In this document: positions 19,257 through 27,355 of the stretch, piece by piece
How positions within the stretch are numbered: the first letter of the stretch is position 1
How the letters are laid out: each line of letters begins with the position of its first letter
IMG/VR virus record: IMGVR_UViG_3300037805_000644
Span: 62,001-126,000 of that record
Length of the DNA stretch: 64,000 nucleotides
Direction: 5' to 3' (one strand)
The notes under the pieces: model-generated
Databases searched by the model: none
Told to the model about the DNA's origin: nothing
Seen by the model: only the letters and a program-made list of their open reading frames with translations
Translations under genes and position numbers: made by a program

Positions 19257-20687
19257 CTACAGGAAGAACAGGTTTGAGGCATCCTCAGCCGCAATTCCCT
19301 TGGGTTCTTGTATGCCAAGGCGGTCCACCTCGACATAATAGCTTTGCCCGGTCACCGACTCAGGCATTCGGCTATCCAGGCGCAGGATGCTGGGTGCCAC
19401 ACGCACTCCGGTCGCAGGGCCTGATGCAAACCCTACCCGCCCACCAGCAGCACCCAACACCGTCTTGAGACGATAGCTGCCTGCATTTGCCCCTGTGGCG
19501 AACGTCAGCACCTCCCCCTCAGCAGCAAGGGCCCAGTCTTGACTGGAGTCCGTGATGTCGTCCCCGCTCACTGTGGCGGACCCTGAGAGCCCTGTGGGGC
19601 TTGTGGTGTACGCCCTGGCGGTACTGTCGTCCCCCCCAGGGAACACGATGCGCTCCACCACTCGATAGCGACCCAGTTCCCGGCGGTCTGTCGAGGCCAC
19701 TGTCCCCTCTTGACCCCCGGCATGGATGCCGTTTGGTCCCGAGGTGACCACCAGAGGTGCGGCTGCCGAGATGTTGGAGAAGTCCCGGTTCACGTCCTGG
19801 AACAAGCTCCGATCTGACAGGGTCTCCCCTTGAGTGCCGGATACGCTCTTGGCGCCGTGGCAATAACGCCGGAAATCCTCGTAGTAATACGAGTGCATGT
19901 CCCAGCTCAGGGTCCCTGCAAACAGCTCACCGAAAGTCTCCGTGAATTGATGCCGGTACTCATACAGGGTGTGGGCCGGCTTCAAAGCCCTCATGACAAT
20001 TCGGACGTTCTCCATCAGGATGAAAGGATCCTCAGGGAACCGCTCCAGCCCTGACCCTGCATCGAGGTAATTTGCGCTGACCTCAAAGCAAAACTGATCG
20101 TCGAGCCCCCAAGCCGAACCTGAGCCCAGCTTCCGGGCCTCGACGGCTTTCTCCAACACCGTGTAAGCGATATCCTGAACCAGCCCGGGGTTCTCACACC
20201 TCGCCAACCCCTGGGTCGCCCTACCAACCTCAGCCAGGGACTCCTCAATGGTCCCCTTGGTTGCCCCCTGCAAGAGGAACCGGACCATGCTCTGGAGGAA
20301 CTGACGGTAAGTCAGGTCGCCCTGGAGGTCGGGGTATCCATCGGTCTGGGCATCCGGGAACACGAGCTGGCCCAGCATTTGGAACAGGAACTCCGACCGG
20401 GTGTAATCGTACATCGTATCCGCCCAGACCTCCTGAGCGGTGATCTGGAATTCTGCGATCTGTTCAGCGGCGGCCTGGAACTGGAGGGTGTAAAAGGGCC
20501 CCGTCACCTGCGAGATGTAGTTGCTCGGCAGGAGCTGGAGGAACACCTTCATGATGTTGTCCACCTGGTCTCGGACTTGCTGCTTGTGCTCCTGGGACCC
20601 TTGGGCTTTCTGATCCGTATGGACAGGGGCAGGGTTCTGGGCTACGAGCCCAGGGAGGAGGTTCTTGTTGACGGGCTTGTCTGCCAT
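19257..20687 (-). CDS. Baseplate wedge protein, P2 gpI-like (476 aa)
   Basis: Follows baseplate J once the GNAT-like insert is ignored. LLQLLPSNY at the N-terminus and RIVMRALKPAHTLY match the gpI-type KPAH motif. Confidence 0.7.
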   Translation of the reverse strand: MADKPVNKNLLPGLVAQNPAPVHTDQKAQGSQEHKQQVRDQVDNIMKVFLQLLPSNYISQVTGPFYTLQFQAAAEQIAEFQITAQEVWADTMYDYTRSEFLFQMLGQLVFPDAQTDGYPDLQGDLTYRQFLQSMVRFLLQGATKGTIEESLAEVGRATQGLARCENPGLVQDIAYTVLEKAVEARKLGSGSAWGLDDQFCFEVSANYLDAGSGLERFPEDPFILMENVRIVMRALKPAHTLYEYRHQFTETFGELFAGTLSWDMHSYYYEDFRRYCHGAKSVSGTQGETLSDRSLFQDVNRDFSNISAAAPLVVTSGPNGIHAGGQEGTVASTDRRELGRYRVVERIVFPGGDDSTARAYTTSPTGLSGSATVSGDDITDSSQDWALAAEGEVLTFATGANAGSYRLKTVLGAAGGRVGFASGPATGVRVAPSILRLDSRMPESVTGQSYYVEVDRLGIQEPKGIAAEDASNLFFL

Positions 20688-20699
20688 CAGTTACGCCCC
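20684..20699. repeat. 16-bp direct repeat CCATCAGTTACGCCCC, copy 1 (GNAT-like stop and gpI-like start junction)
   Basis: Exact match to 21253-21268. The minus strand reads GGGGCGTAACTGATGG (Gly-Arg-Asn-stop overlapping ATG). Confidence 0.95.
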
Positions 20700-21256
20700 C
20701 ACACCAAGAAACCCTCATGGGGGTACCTGCGGCGAATCGAGTTCCAAACCCTAAAGGCGGCAGGCTTAGTGGGCTCCCCTGCACATACCCCAGGCCCAAT
20801 AGCCGCTCGGTGCTTGGTGGCCATCTGAATGATCTCTGCATAAAACAGATTGCCCAGACCTCTCCGCCTCAGCTCAACATCCAGCATGGTGTGCCCGATG
20901 AACCAAAGGTTCTGGATCTGGGGGTGCTTTGAGGTCAGGGTATCGAAATCTGTGCGGCACTGGCTTGTGGTGTAGGACGCCCGCCGCCGGCGAGGCAGCG
21001 GGGGGATGCCAGACCTCACCTGCTCCATCGCATGATCGTCTTTCTCCTGGGAGGTCATATGCAGATCGGTAGCATACACCCACCCCACTGCCCGCCGACC
21101 CTCCAAAATCTTCACTACCCCTCCCTTGGGGGAGTCCTTGCGGAATACCTTGAAGTCCCGATCCAACTCCTCCGCAATCTGAGCAACTACCTGGTCAAGT
21201 TCCGCGCCCGCTTGGCGCTGCAACCACTGCCCCGCAACCCGTGTGACTGAATCCAT
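20687..21256 (-). CDS. GNAT-fold acetyltransferase-like protein (189 aa) with a short N-terminal leader
   Basis: HTMLDVELRRRGLGNLFYAEII matches GNAT motif A (R/Q-x-x-G-x-G). It is followed by TKPAAFRVWNSI, resembling the motif B helix. TGATG coupling occurs at both ends. Confidence 0.6.
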   Translation of the reverse strand: MDSVTRVAGQWLQRQAGAELDQVVAQIAEELDRDFKVFRKDSPKGGVVKILEGRRAVGWVYATDLHMTSQEKDDHAMEQVRSGIPPLPRRRRASYTTSQCRTDFDTLTSKHPQIQNLWFIGHTMLDVELRRRGLGNLFYAEIIQMATKHRAAIGPGVCAGEPTKPAAFRVWNSIRRRYPHEGFLVWGRN

Positions 21257-21268
21257 CAGTTACGCCCC
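21253..21268. repeat. 16-bp direct repeat CCATCAGTTACGCCCC, copy 2 (baseplate J stop and GNAT-like start junction)
   Basis: Exact match to 20684-20699. Confidence 0.95.
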
Positions 21269-24200
21269 TGTACCCGAGCCAAGAAATCGGTGTCCTCGTC
21301 AAAAGTGAGGTCGATCTCACCAATCTCCAGGTATTCCGTGGGACCCGGCTCAATGTTCTTGACTCCCGCATCACCCTGCACCTGGTAAGTCACCGTGTAC
21401 TGGTGATCCAGAGGGGTGTCGTCCTTGGTCAGGGACACCAAGATCCGGTTGGCTGTGATCTCCCGACGTTTCTCGATGATCTCCGCCCCGGAGGCAAACG
21501 GGTAAGCCGCCTGGAGGGTGGCGTCGTCAGAAAAACCGGGGATCTCCAAACCCTGGGCACCGATGATGAAGGCAGAACCGGACCCGTTGAGCATGGGCAC
21601 CCCGTTGATGTTCGGAGCGATCACCTTGTTCTCCAGCAGATCCTCATCTGCGAAAACGCCCCGGAACTTGGTCTCCTCACCACCACTGTCGATGGTGGAT
21701 GCCTCCAGGGGGTTCTTGAGCAACCACACGTTGACGGCACCTGAGGTGGCGTTCCAGGTATCCACAGCAAACACGTCTGAGGACTGGGTGGTTGTGATGA
21801 ACTCCCGCACCACCAGGGCACCGTCTCCCTTGGACATCTTGGTGAGGGGGACGACGGGGTAAGCTACGCCGGACACGTTCTCGATGACCCCAAGAACATC
21901 TGCCTGTCGGACGGGCTCCCCAAGCACCAGTGCGCCAAAGTAGCGGTCCAGAGCCGTTCGGATAGCCCCATCCACGGTGTCCACGGACACCCTGCGTTGG
22001 TTGGCATTCTCCAAGACCACTGTCACCGTGAGGTCCACGGGCACGTTGACCGCCTCCTTGGCGACCACATCAGCGGTGATGTGGCGATCCGGGTTAATGG
22101 CGCTCTCCGTCAGGGACACCAGCGCATTGGTGGTGTACAAAACGGTGAAGTTCTCATCGTACTTGTAGCTGATGAGCAAGGTCTGCCCCTCAGAGATCGG
22201 TGAGCCCGAGGTCACCTGGATACCCAGAGGGGTCGCGGAGTCGCCGGTGATGATGGTGTACTCAGGGGTCAGTGAGGCGAAGGGGCCAACGTAAGTCGTC
22301 GCCCCGGTCTCATCCGTGACGACCACAGAGTAAGGGTTGGCCCCGAGGCGGTTAACATACTCAACGCCATCCAGGATCACATGCTGCTCACCGGTCACCT
22401 CAATGGGCGTCCCACTCGGGATGGTATCCCCGGCATCCGTCAGGGGTTCCGTCACCTGAACATAGTCCCCAGCTTCGGTCGAGCGGCCCAGCTCCAACGG
22501 GTCGCTGGCCTGGTACAGGTCGAAGATATCTTCGTCCAGCTCACCGCTGACCTCTCCAGTCATGTCCCCCACAGAGCGGACAGGCTGCCTAGCAAAGGTG
22601 TGCTTGTTGCTTGTCCGGTAACGGTAACTGCCCTTGACCACGTCCAGCAGGCCCAGGATTGCGGGGTCATTGAGGGCGGTGTCAAGCTGGATGACGTTGT
22701 AAGCCACCACGGTGGTGTTGGTCAGGTCAAAGGTGGCGCCCTTGGTCTCGTTGACCAGCTCAATGTCGAACTCAGGGTAATCCAGCATCTCAATGATGGG
22801 GTTGTCCTCAGAGAGGCTGGGGTCAACGGCCCGGAGTCTGAGATCCTTGGGGTCCCCAACCGGCTCGAACTGCACGCCCGTCTTACTCTCAAAGGAGAAA
22901 GCAAAACTGTCCGTGACTGTGCTCAGGTTCTCCCCTCTCAGCCAGATATCCACCTTGCCGCCCACATGGCGCCCGCTCTCGTTGCGGTCTCGCTGCATGA
23001 GGGGGTGGCCGGCGTCCACCACATTGACCTGCTCGACCCCAGGGACATCCACGGCATTCTTCACGTAACCCCGGAGAGTGCCAGAGTCCACCGAAGACAG
23101 GGCGTTCATGCCCCGGGCTGCCAGGTCTCGGTTCGACTCCTCAGTCAAGCCGCCACTGATAGCCGAGTCGTTGGTGACCTCGACGCCCACGGGAGCACCC
23201 GAGACGGTGCCGTTCTGGCCTGGGGCCAGGTTGCTGCCCAGCCCCACGTCCTCAGCCTGCACGAAGGCTGTGGCAGAGTAACGGCCGGTGATCGGGTTGA
23301 AGAAAGAACCTGCACCTGAGCTGGTGATAGATACGGAGCTGGTGAGGCGGTAACCCACACCACCCAGCACCACCCTTGTGCCGATGCCGAAGCTGAGGCT
23401 CGTGGTCGGGCGGGAGCGGGTGTAGATGGTCACAGATCCTCGGGCTCGGCGACCACTCCGCCGTGTCTTCCCGTAGTTGCTCGCCAGCTTTTCAAAGGTG
23501 TTGTCAATGAGCTGCTGAACCGAGCTGGTGCTCTCCAAGAAGAACGCCTGCTTGAGTGCGATCTTGTAGTCCGACTGCTCAACCGGAATGGACACCCCAG
23601 ACAGGCTGGGGTCGTCGATGGGGAGCAACGTGGCGAAGCTGCCGGCGCGATGCAAGAAATCGATGATGAACCGCTGGCGCTCCGCCTCCGTGGAGAAGGG
23701 GTCAATGAATGTGTCCCGCAATACAGAGCCGGGCTTCACGTCAATCTGAGGCTGAGCCCGGAAAATGCTAAGCACCGTGTCACGCACGATATTCTGGCGG
23801 CTCACCGCAGGGAATGTACCGACGTTGGGGACCAACTCCAGAGGGGAACCCGACAGCTCGGGGCTAAACGCGGTCTCGTACTCGGTGCCCTCGGTGAAGT
23901 AAACCGCCGTCACCACATAGTAAACGGGATCTGACTTGGGGATGGCGTTGAAGGCCGCGTTTGGGATGGCCGGGTTGGTGGGTGAGTTGAAGCTCGCCAG
24001 CCGGTCGTGGACGAAGCTGTACCTAGAAAGGCTCCGCACTGCCTCCACCGAGATGGTTGAGCGGACTCGGGTGGTGTTGTCGGGGATCTCCAGAGCCTGA
24101 TCGAAATCAGTCTGGAGGACCGTGTCGTCCTGGTCCTCCTGGGTGGCCTTGTAGACCATGAATAGGGGGTCCGCCGCAGGGGAGCCGTCGTTGAGGGTGG

Positions 24201-24768
24201 CCACGTTGGCATCCACCGTCAGCTCCGCCAGGGTGGTCAAGTCCTCGATCTGCTCACCCGAGATAACCAGGGAGGGGTTGATGCGGGAATAGCCCTCAGC
24301 CCCACCACCGGGCTGGGTTGAGGCATAGAAGTTGTACCCGATGACCTCAGAGGCATCGAGACCATCCACAGTGACCTTAATGGCCTCGTTGAACCGCTCA
24401 AGGAACACGCCGGTGGGCTCGTCGAGGGACACTCCAAGGTCACTGTCCTGCACAAGCCGGGCAGTGATGCGGCTCGGCTTTGAGACCGTGCCGTTGGAAA
24501 AGACCGCCTTGACCTGGATGTCGTTATCTCCAGCCAAGAGCTGGATCCCGTCAGGGAAAGCAGAGGGGTTGGGCACCACGAAAGTCGTGCCCTCAAAAGC
24601 GATCAGGTCTGGATCGGAGGTGAAAGCCGCGCCACGGACAGACACCTGCATGTCCACCGTGTCCGCGTCCATCTCCCCTGAGAAGTGCCGGGAATCAATA
24701 GTAGTCGAGAAGGTGTAATCCTCTCGGAGGACTGCATCAGGACCCTCAAACTTGGGCAGGGTGGGCAT
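21256..24768 (-). CDS. Baseplate J-like wedge protein (1170 aa) with N-terminal Ig/FN3-like extension
   Basis: Classic J series: RARGSVTIYT...VQAEDVGLGSNL...VTNDSAISGGLTEESNRDL...GTLRGY...VPGVEQVNVV...GGKVDIWL. Confidence 0.9.
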   Translation of the reverse strand: MPTLPKFEGPDAVLREDYTFSTTIDSRHFSGEMDADTVDMQVSVRGAAFTSDPDLIAFEGTTFVVPNPSAFPDGIQLLAGDNDIQVKAVFSNGTVSKPSRITARLVQDSDLGVSLDEPTGVFLERFNEAIKVTVDGLDASEVIGYNFYASTQPGGGAEGYSRINPSLVISGEQIEDLTTLAELTVDANVATLNDGSPAADPLFMVYKATQEDQDDTVLQTDFDQALEIPDNTTRVRSTISVEAVRSLSRYSFVHDRLASFNSPTNPAIPNAAFNAIPKSDPVYYVVTAVYFTEGTEYETAFSPELSGSPLELVPNVGTFPAVSRQNIVRDTVLSIFRAQPQIDVKPGSVLRDTFIDPFSTEAERQRFIIDFLHRAGSFATLLPIDDPSLSGVSIPVEQSDYKIALKQAFFLESTSSVQQLIDNTFEKLASNYGKTRRSGRRARGSVTIYTRSRPTTSLSFGIGTRVVLGGVGYRLTSSVSITSSGAGSFFNPITGRYSATAFVQAEDVGLGSNLAPGQNGTVSGAPVGVEVTNDSAISGGLTEESNRDLAARGMNALSSVDSGTLRGYVKNAVDVPGVEQVNVVDAGHPLMQRDRNESGRHVGGKVDIWLRGENLSTVTDSFAFSFESKTGVQFEPVGDPKDLRLRAVDPSLSEDNPIIEMLDYPEFDIELVNETKGATFDLTNTTVVAYNVIQLDTALNDPAILGLLDVVKGSYRYRTSNKHTFARQPVRSVGDMTGEVSGELDEDIFDLYQASDPLELGRSTEAGDYVQVTEPLTDAGDTIPSGTPIEVTGEQHVILDGVEYVNRLGANPYSVVVTDETGATTYVGPFASLTPEYTIITGDSATPLGIQVTSGSPISEGQTLLISYKYDENFTVLYTTNALVSLTESAINPDRHITADVVAKEAVNVPVDLTVTVVLENANQRRVSVDTVDGAIRTALDRYFGALVLGEPVRQADVLGVIENVSGVAYPVVPLTKMSKGDGALVVREFITTTQSSDVFAVDTWNATSGAVNVWLLKNPLEASTIDSGGEETKFRGVFADEDLLENKVIAPNINGVPMLNGSGSAFIIGAQGLEIPGFSDDATLQAAYPFASGAEIIEKRREITANRILVSLTKDDTPLDHQYTVTYQVQGDAGVKNIEPGPTEYLEIGEIDLTFDEDTDFLARVQGRN

Positions 24769-24771
24769 GGT

Positions 24772-25884
24772 CTATCGACCTCCGAGGAACAGGCCGTTCG
24801 AGCCCATCAGAGCGACGACCTCGGGAACCGTGAACACGGTGTTGAGTTGAATAGGTTCGGATGAGGCGTTCTGGACCCACACATCCACGAGGAACGTCGT
24901 CAGATCTTGCTCATGGGGCAGTACCTGGATGCTGAGCACCGCATACAGGCGCTCCTTGGGGCTGACCGGCTGTACCTCAGCCTGTGCCTTCTGGAGCCGC
25001 TGGTAACGGGTCAGTGCCCGCCGGATGTCATCCTGGAGGGCGGCGGCCACATTACCAATGGCCTTGCTCCCAATACGGGAGCGGATGGTGGTCCCGTACC
25101 AGTTGTGGTACGGGTTTGAGCCCCGATCCGTCAGAATCACCTTGAGGGCCGCCTGCTGGAGCAGATCCTCGTCGTCCACAAAGACGGGGTTCCCGTCCAC
25201 AGAGAACCGGATATCGTTCTCGACGTAAGTGGCGCGGCATCGAAGACACCGAGAGACCGGCACCGAGTAAGTCACCTTGATGGTGGGGTTGCTCCTAACC
25301 CTCGAAGTGAATTTGGGGGCCCTGTTGGTGATGGTGTCCGGTCGGATCTCCAGGTTCCAGGAGGGGTACAGGCGGCGTCCTCGGGCAGACCTTTGCCGGG
25401 TGTTGCCTGTGGCACCGAAACCCAGACTCTCAGCACCAGTGCCCGAGATCCTGACGAAACTATCGGGGCCCACCGTGTTGGTGTCCGAGATGAGCAGATG
25501 GCCGTTGATGTTCTCCGCCAGGGCGAGCTGGCTGGTTAGACCTTGCCGCATGAGCTTCTGAATGACCTGGTCAGCACCCCACCGGACCTTACCCGTGATG
25601 CCGAGGGAGGCCGTGAAAGACCCTGCGGGTGTCTCAATGGTGAGGGTGTCCTCACCTTGGGTGAGGGTGAACGGGCCGGAGTCGGTTGAGAAGATCTGGG
25701 CCACCGAGGAGAGCCCTGTCTGGGGGATCACCAGGCCCGGGTCATCATTGAGCATAACCCGCACGGTCCCCGCCGTCGCCACGGGCTGACGGGTCAAGAG
25801 CGTTCTGCGATCCGTGTCCAGGCGCACCACTTCCTCCACCGTCAGGTGAGGACACGCCCATCCCAGTTGAAAATCTTGGCTCAT
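24772..25884 (-). CDS. Baseplate wedge initiator, T4 gp25 / P2 gpW-like, with N-terminal extension (370 aa)
   Basis: The C-terminal DIRFSVDG...LLQQAALKVILTDRGSNPYHNWYGTTIRSRIG is gp25-like. The gene lies immediately upstream of baseplate J. Confidence 0.8.
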   Translation of the reverse strand: MSQDFQLGWACPHLTVEEVVRLDTDRRTLLTRQPVATAGTVRVMLNDDPGLVIPQTGLSSVAQIFSTDSGPFTLTQGEDTLTIETPAGSFTASLGITGKVRWGADQVIQKLMRQGLTSQLALAENINGHLLISDTNTVGPDSFVRISGTGAESLGFGATGNTRQRSARGRRLYPSWNLEIRPDTITNRAPKFTSRVRSNPTIKVTYSVPVSRCLRCRATYVENDIRFSVDGNPVFVDDEDLLQQAALKVILTDRGSNPYHNWYGTTIRSRIGSKAIGNVAAALQDDIRRALTRYQRLQKAQAEVQPVSPKERLYAVLSIQVLPHEQDLTTFLVDVWVQNASSEPIQLNTVFTVPEVVALMGSNGLFLGGR

Positions 25885-25931
25885 GCAGGTCTCCGGGGGG
25901 CCACCAAGCGCCGCTTCATTCTACCGAACCT

Positions 25932-25937
25932 TATAGG
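25932..25937 (-). promoter_or_regulatory. Candidate late-promoter element CCTATA (also 19247-19252, 61202-61207; variants at 1265-1270 and 29111-29116)
   Basis: An AT-rich hexamer recurring 27-58 nt upstream of minus-strand starts in five intergenic gaps of a GC-rich genome. Confidence 0.45.
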
Positions 25938-25952
25938 CTGCGAATCGGGCAA

Positions 25953-25964
25953 CTTTCCGGGTAA
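25953..25964 (+). promoter_or_regulatory. Candidate regulatory motif CTTTCCGGGTAA (exact copy on minus strand at 59965-59976; core also at 61759-61766 and 28311-28318)
   Basis: Exact 12-mer shared between two intergenic gaps. 59969-59980 and 61759-61770 also share CCGGAAAGGTTC exactly. Confidence 0.4.
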
Positions 25965-26012
25965 CGATCTGACGGCAGGTGGTAGTTAGGGTGAGACACA
26001 AGGAGATCCAGC

Positions 26013-26276
26013 ATGTACCGAGACGTTGAGGGTGTGGCAGAAGACTGGGGAACACGCGGGAGTGGGACCCCCTCCAAGAGGATCGCCGACGGGGTGTTCC
26101 AGATGGTCACCGACGCAGGAGCGCCCAACCTCACCACGGTGGAGGTGGAGACCCCGGAGGATGCCCTGGTCCTCATCATCGAAGCGAAAGTGTTCGAGTT
26201 GAAGTACCCCTTCGACGATGACGACATCCAAGACAAGATCAACGCCTTCCTCGACGGTGAGCCCGGGGACCGCTAG
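26013..26276 (+). CDS. Small acidic hypothetical protein (87 aa)
   Basis: AAGGAG RBS, ATG start; its stop overlaps the next GTG start (TAGTG). Confidence 0.75.
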   Translation: MYRDVEGVAEDWGTRGSGTPSKRIADGVFQMVTDAGAPNLTTVEVETPEDALVLIIEAKVFELKYPFDDDDIQDKINAFLDGEPGDR

Positions 26277-26545
26277 TGGGTCTGCAAGGCCGGGTTGCAG
26301 GCATCTGCACAGGTTGCGGGTCCCGGCCCGGTGATCCTCCGATCACTTGGGGCGGGGGTGGTGTATTCTGTGCCTCCTGCGTGGACCTCTTTGGGGGAGC
26401 CGATCTAGCCAGACAGCGGCAAAAACAGAAGCGGGAAAAAGCCTTGAAATGGAGATCCGAAGGGCTCTCTTACCGCAAGATTGGAGATAAGCTGGGGATC
26501 AGCCTCCAAGCCGCCGCCCAGCTCATCAAGCGAGCTGGCGGGTAA
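26276..26545 (+). CDS. Zinc-finger plus helix-turn-helix protein (89 aa)
   Basis: CTGC...CASC pairs followed by RSEGLSYRKIGDKLGISLQAAAQLIKR, a sigma70-region-4 or homeodomain-like HTH. Confidence 0.75.
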   Translation: MGLQGRVAGICTGCGSRPGDPPITWGGGGVFCASCVDLFGGADLARQRQKQKREKALKWRSEGLSYRKIGDKLGISLQAAAQLIKRAGG

Positions 26546-26559
26546 CTGACAGGAGAACC

Positions 26560-26964
26560 ATGGATCGCCGTACCTTACGAGATAAAGACCCCGACATCAA
26601 AGATGCAGCCCTTGCGGCGGCACTGGGTCGGGATGCGGCTGTCCTTGCGGTCGGCCCACCCCCCCAGGCAAGCCAGGACATCCCTTGGGAGGACACGGCC
26701 CGGCTGACCGACAACTTCATCGGCACCCTCCGTGGGCTGTTTGGTTTTGTGGGCGTCAAGATGCTTACCGAGGGGGAGGGCGGTGACCTCCTCATTGATC
26801 GGGTTGAGGGGATGCTCCAGGAGGCTTACCTGCTTGGGGTGAAAGCAGCACAGAACACCCGGCTCGATTATGACATCGCCCAGAGCAAGGCATCTACCGC
26901 CGGGATCTTGAAGGGCCTTCTCGGCAACATAGGCGAGGATTCTGAGGATGACGGAAACGATTGA
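26560..26964 (+). CDS. Hypothetical protein (134 aa)
   Basis: AGGAG RBS, ATG start, operon-like spacing. Confidence 0.7.
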   Translation: MDRRTLRDKDPDIKDAALAAALGRDAAVLAVGPPPQASQDIPWEDTARLTDNFIGTLRGLFGFVGVKMLTEGEGGDLLIDRVEGMLQEAYLLGVKAAQNTRLDYDIAQSKASTAGILKGLLGNIGEDSEDDGND

Positions 26965-27190
26965 TCGGAAACTCAATCAGATGATCCCGGGTGCCCGCGT
27001 GTTTGCCCGGGGTGATGCGGATGACCTCGGAACTGTCGTGGCTGGCAAGCACGGGGAGCCCTGGGTTATCTGGGATTCGGGGGAGCATGATGCTCTCACG
27101 GGGTGTCAGTGTGACATCGGGTGCCAGTGCTTCGGGGACGTTCAGACTTCTTTCGGGATCAAGGTGATCCCAACCTCGGAGGACCCATGA
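26948..27190 (+). CDS. Hypothetical Cys-containing protein (80 aa)
   Basis: GAGG before ATG. It overlaps both neighbours and contains GCQCDIGCQC. Confidence 0.6.
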   Translation: MTETIDRKLNQMIPGARVFARGDADDLGTVVAGKHGEPWVIWDSGEHDALTGCQCDIGCQCFGDVQTSFGIKVIPTSEDP

Positions 27191-27348
27191 CCGAGGCTTG
27201 GACATTCGCGTGGGCCTGTGGGGGTTACATCTCCACGCTGTGCGCTGATTTCGACACCCTTTTCATGGAGCTTGTCGCGCAATACGGAGCACCCGATAGC
27301 GTGACAGCCAGCACCGCCGCTATGCCTCAAAACGTGACCAAGGGCTGA
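27187..27348 (+). CDS. Small hypothetical protein (53 aa; MTEAWTFAWACGG...)
   Basis: ATGA overlap with the upstream stop and GGAGG RBS favour 27187 over the track's 27121 start. Confidence 0.55.
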   Translation: MTEAWTFAWACGGYISTLCADFDTLFMELVAQYGAPDSVTASTAAMPQNVTKG

Positions 27349-27355
27349 TCAGCCC
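27342..27355. repeat. Perfect 14-bp palindrome GGGCTGATCAGCCC formed by two abutting convergent stop codons
   Basis: TGA at 27346-27348 (+) directly abuts TGA at 27351-27349 (-). Both are preceded by GGC Gly codons. Confidence 0.85.
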
